From positions 121,584,001-121,648,000 of the forward strand of contig NC_086097.1 of NCBI RefSeq assembly GCF_963921235.1: a stretch of DNA of 64,000 nucleotides. Direction: 5' to 3'. Under the pieces are notes generated by a model that was given only the letters and a program-made list of their open reading frames with translations, was not told the DNA's origin and searched no databases. A program made the position numbers and the translations under genes. Every line of letters begins with the position of its first letter. Position 1 is the first letter of the stretch. Positions 63,028 to 64,000 of the stretch are shown here, piece by piece. This stretch comes from Mobula hypostoma (taxonomy: Eukaryota).

Positions 63028-63702
63028 TCAGCCCCGAACAGTCCTTCCAGGTGAGACAACACCTCATTTCTGAGTCTGCTGGGGTCATCTATTGCATCCA
63101 GTGCTCCCGGTGCGGCCTCCTCTACATCGGTGAAACCCGACGCAGATTGGGGGACCGCTTCATCGGCACCTCCACTCCGTCCACCACAACAGACAGGATC
63201 TCCCGGTAGCCACCCACTTCAACTCTGCCTCCCATTCCCATTCAGATATGTCCATACATGGCCTCCTCTACCGCCATGATGAGGCTAAACTCAGGTTGGA
63301 GGAGCAACACCTCATGTACCGTCTAGGTAGTCTCCAACCCCTTGGTACGAACATAGAATTCTCCAACTTCCGGTAATTCCCTCCCCCTCCCTTCCTCTAT
63401 CCCAATTTCACTCTACCCCCTCCCCCAGCTCCCTCATGGTTCCCTACTGTCCATTGTTTCTAGGGCTATGACGTCAATGCTTCCCCTCCCCCGCCCCTTT
63501 GTCTTTCAAATTACTGGTCTTTCAACTGAAGCTACAAGCATTCTTCAAATCCTTCCCCATCTTTCATTCTTCAGTCCTGACGAAGGGTTCCGGCCTGAAA
63601 TGTCGACTCATCGTTTCTGACTGATGCTGCCCGACCTGCTGAGTTCATCCAGTGTACTGAAAGTGTTGCTTTGATCACAGCATCTGCAGATTATTTTGTG
63701 TT
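63028..63702 (+). mobile_element. Penelope-like 3' fragment of a second subfamily (GIY-YIG + pLTR)
   Basis: GVIYCIQCSRCGLLYIGETRRRLGDRF; different 3' UTR; hammerhead-like motif at 63573-63608. Confidence 0.88.
63573..63608 (+). ncRNA. Hammerhead-like motif (PLE-associated), variant in the stem III region
   Basis: AGTC-CTGACGA-AGGGTTCCGGCCT-GAAA-TGTC-GACT. Confidence 0.6.
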
Positions 63703-64000
63703 ATCAATCATGATCAAATGACTGGCAGAACATGCTCAGAGGTTCATGTGGGTTACTGCCTCTTCTATTTACTGTTTCCGTGATGTAAATGCAGGGTACA
63801 ATTGTCAATGAATAACTCTGTGTGATCTTTATTCTAAGAGGATTTCAGCTCCAGAGCAGCGATGTCTTGTAGCAATTATATAGAGCCCCGATGGGACCAC
63901 ATCTATAACGTTGGTTTCCATAACTAAGCAATCTTTGCTGTAAATCCTGTCCTAGAGAGAGTGCAGCAACAATTTACCAGAATGATAACTGGGATGATGA

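Overview
Eukaryotic (vertebrate) genomic DNA. It is most likely from a cartilaginous fish such as a ray or shark; this is inferred from the CR1/Rex-Babar/V-SINE/Penelope repeat landscape and was not tested. The only host gene visible is an internal part of rotatin (RTTN) on the + strand: 10 GT-AG exons between 4168 and 62484 that splice into one open frame of 1428 nt (476 codons). The introns are largely transposable elements. They include a very young 4934-bp Gmr1-type (SCAN-like Gag) LTR retrotransposon with apparently identical 878-bp LTRs and a single ORF whose integrase and RT are deleted or dead. There are two related solo LTRs and a near-intact Penelope-like element (RT + GIY-YIG) with an inverted pseudo-LTR and minimal hammerhead ribozymes. 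A 216-bp hammerhead-centred palindromic mini-Penelope insertion of the same family shares a C^ACCTT target junction with it. Also present are a cluster of four Tc1 transposons (one Sleeping-Beauty-like and rearranged), several CR1 and Rex/Babar LINEs, SINEs and MITEs. Family assignments come from motif recognition only; no database search was run. Boundaries of old, decayed repeats are approximate.
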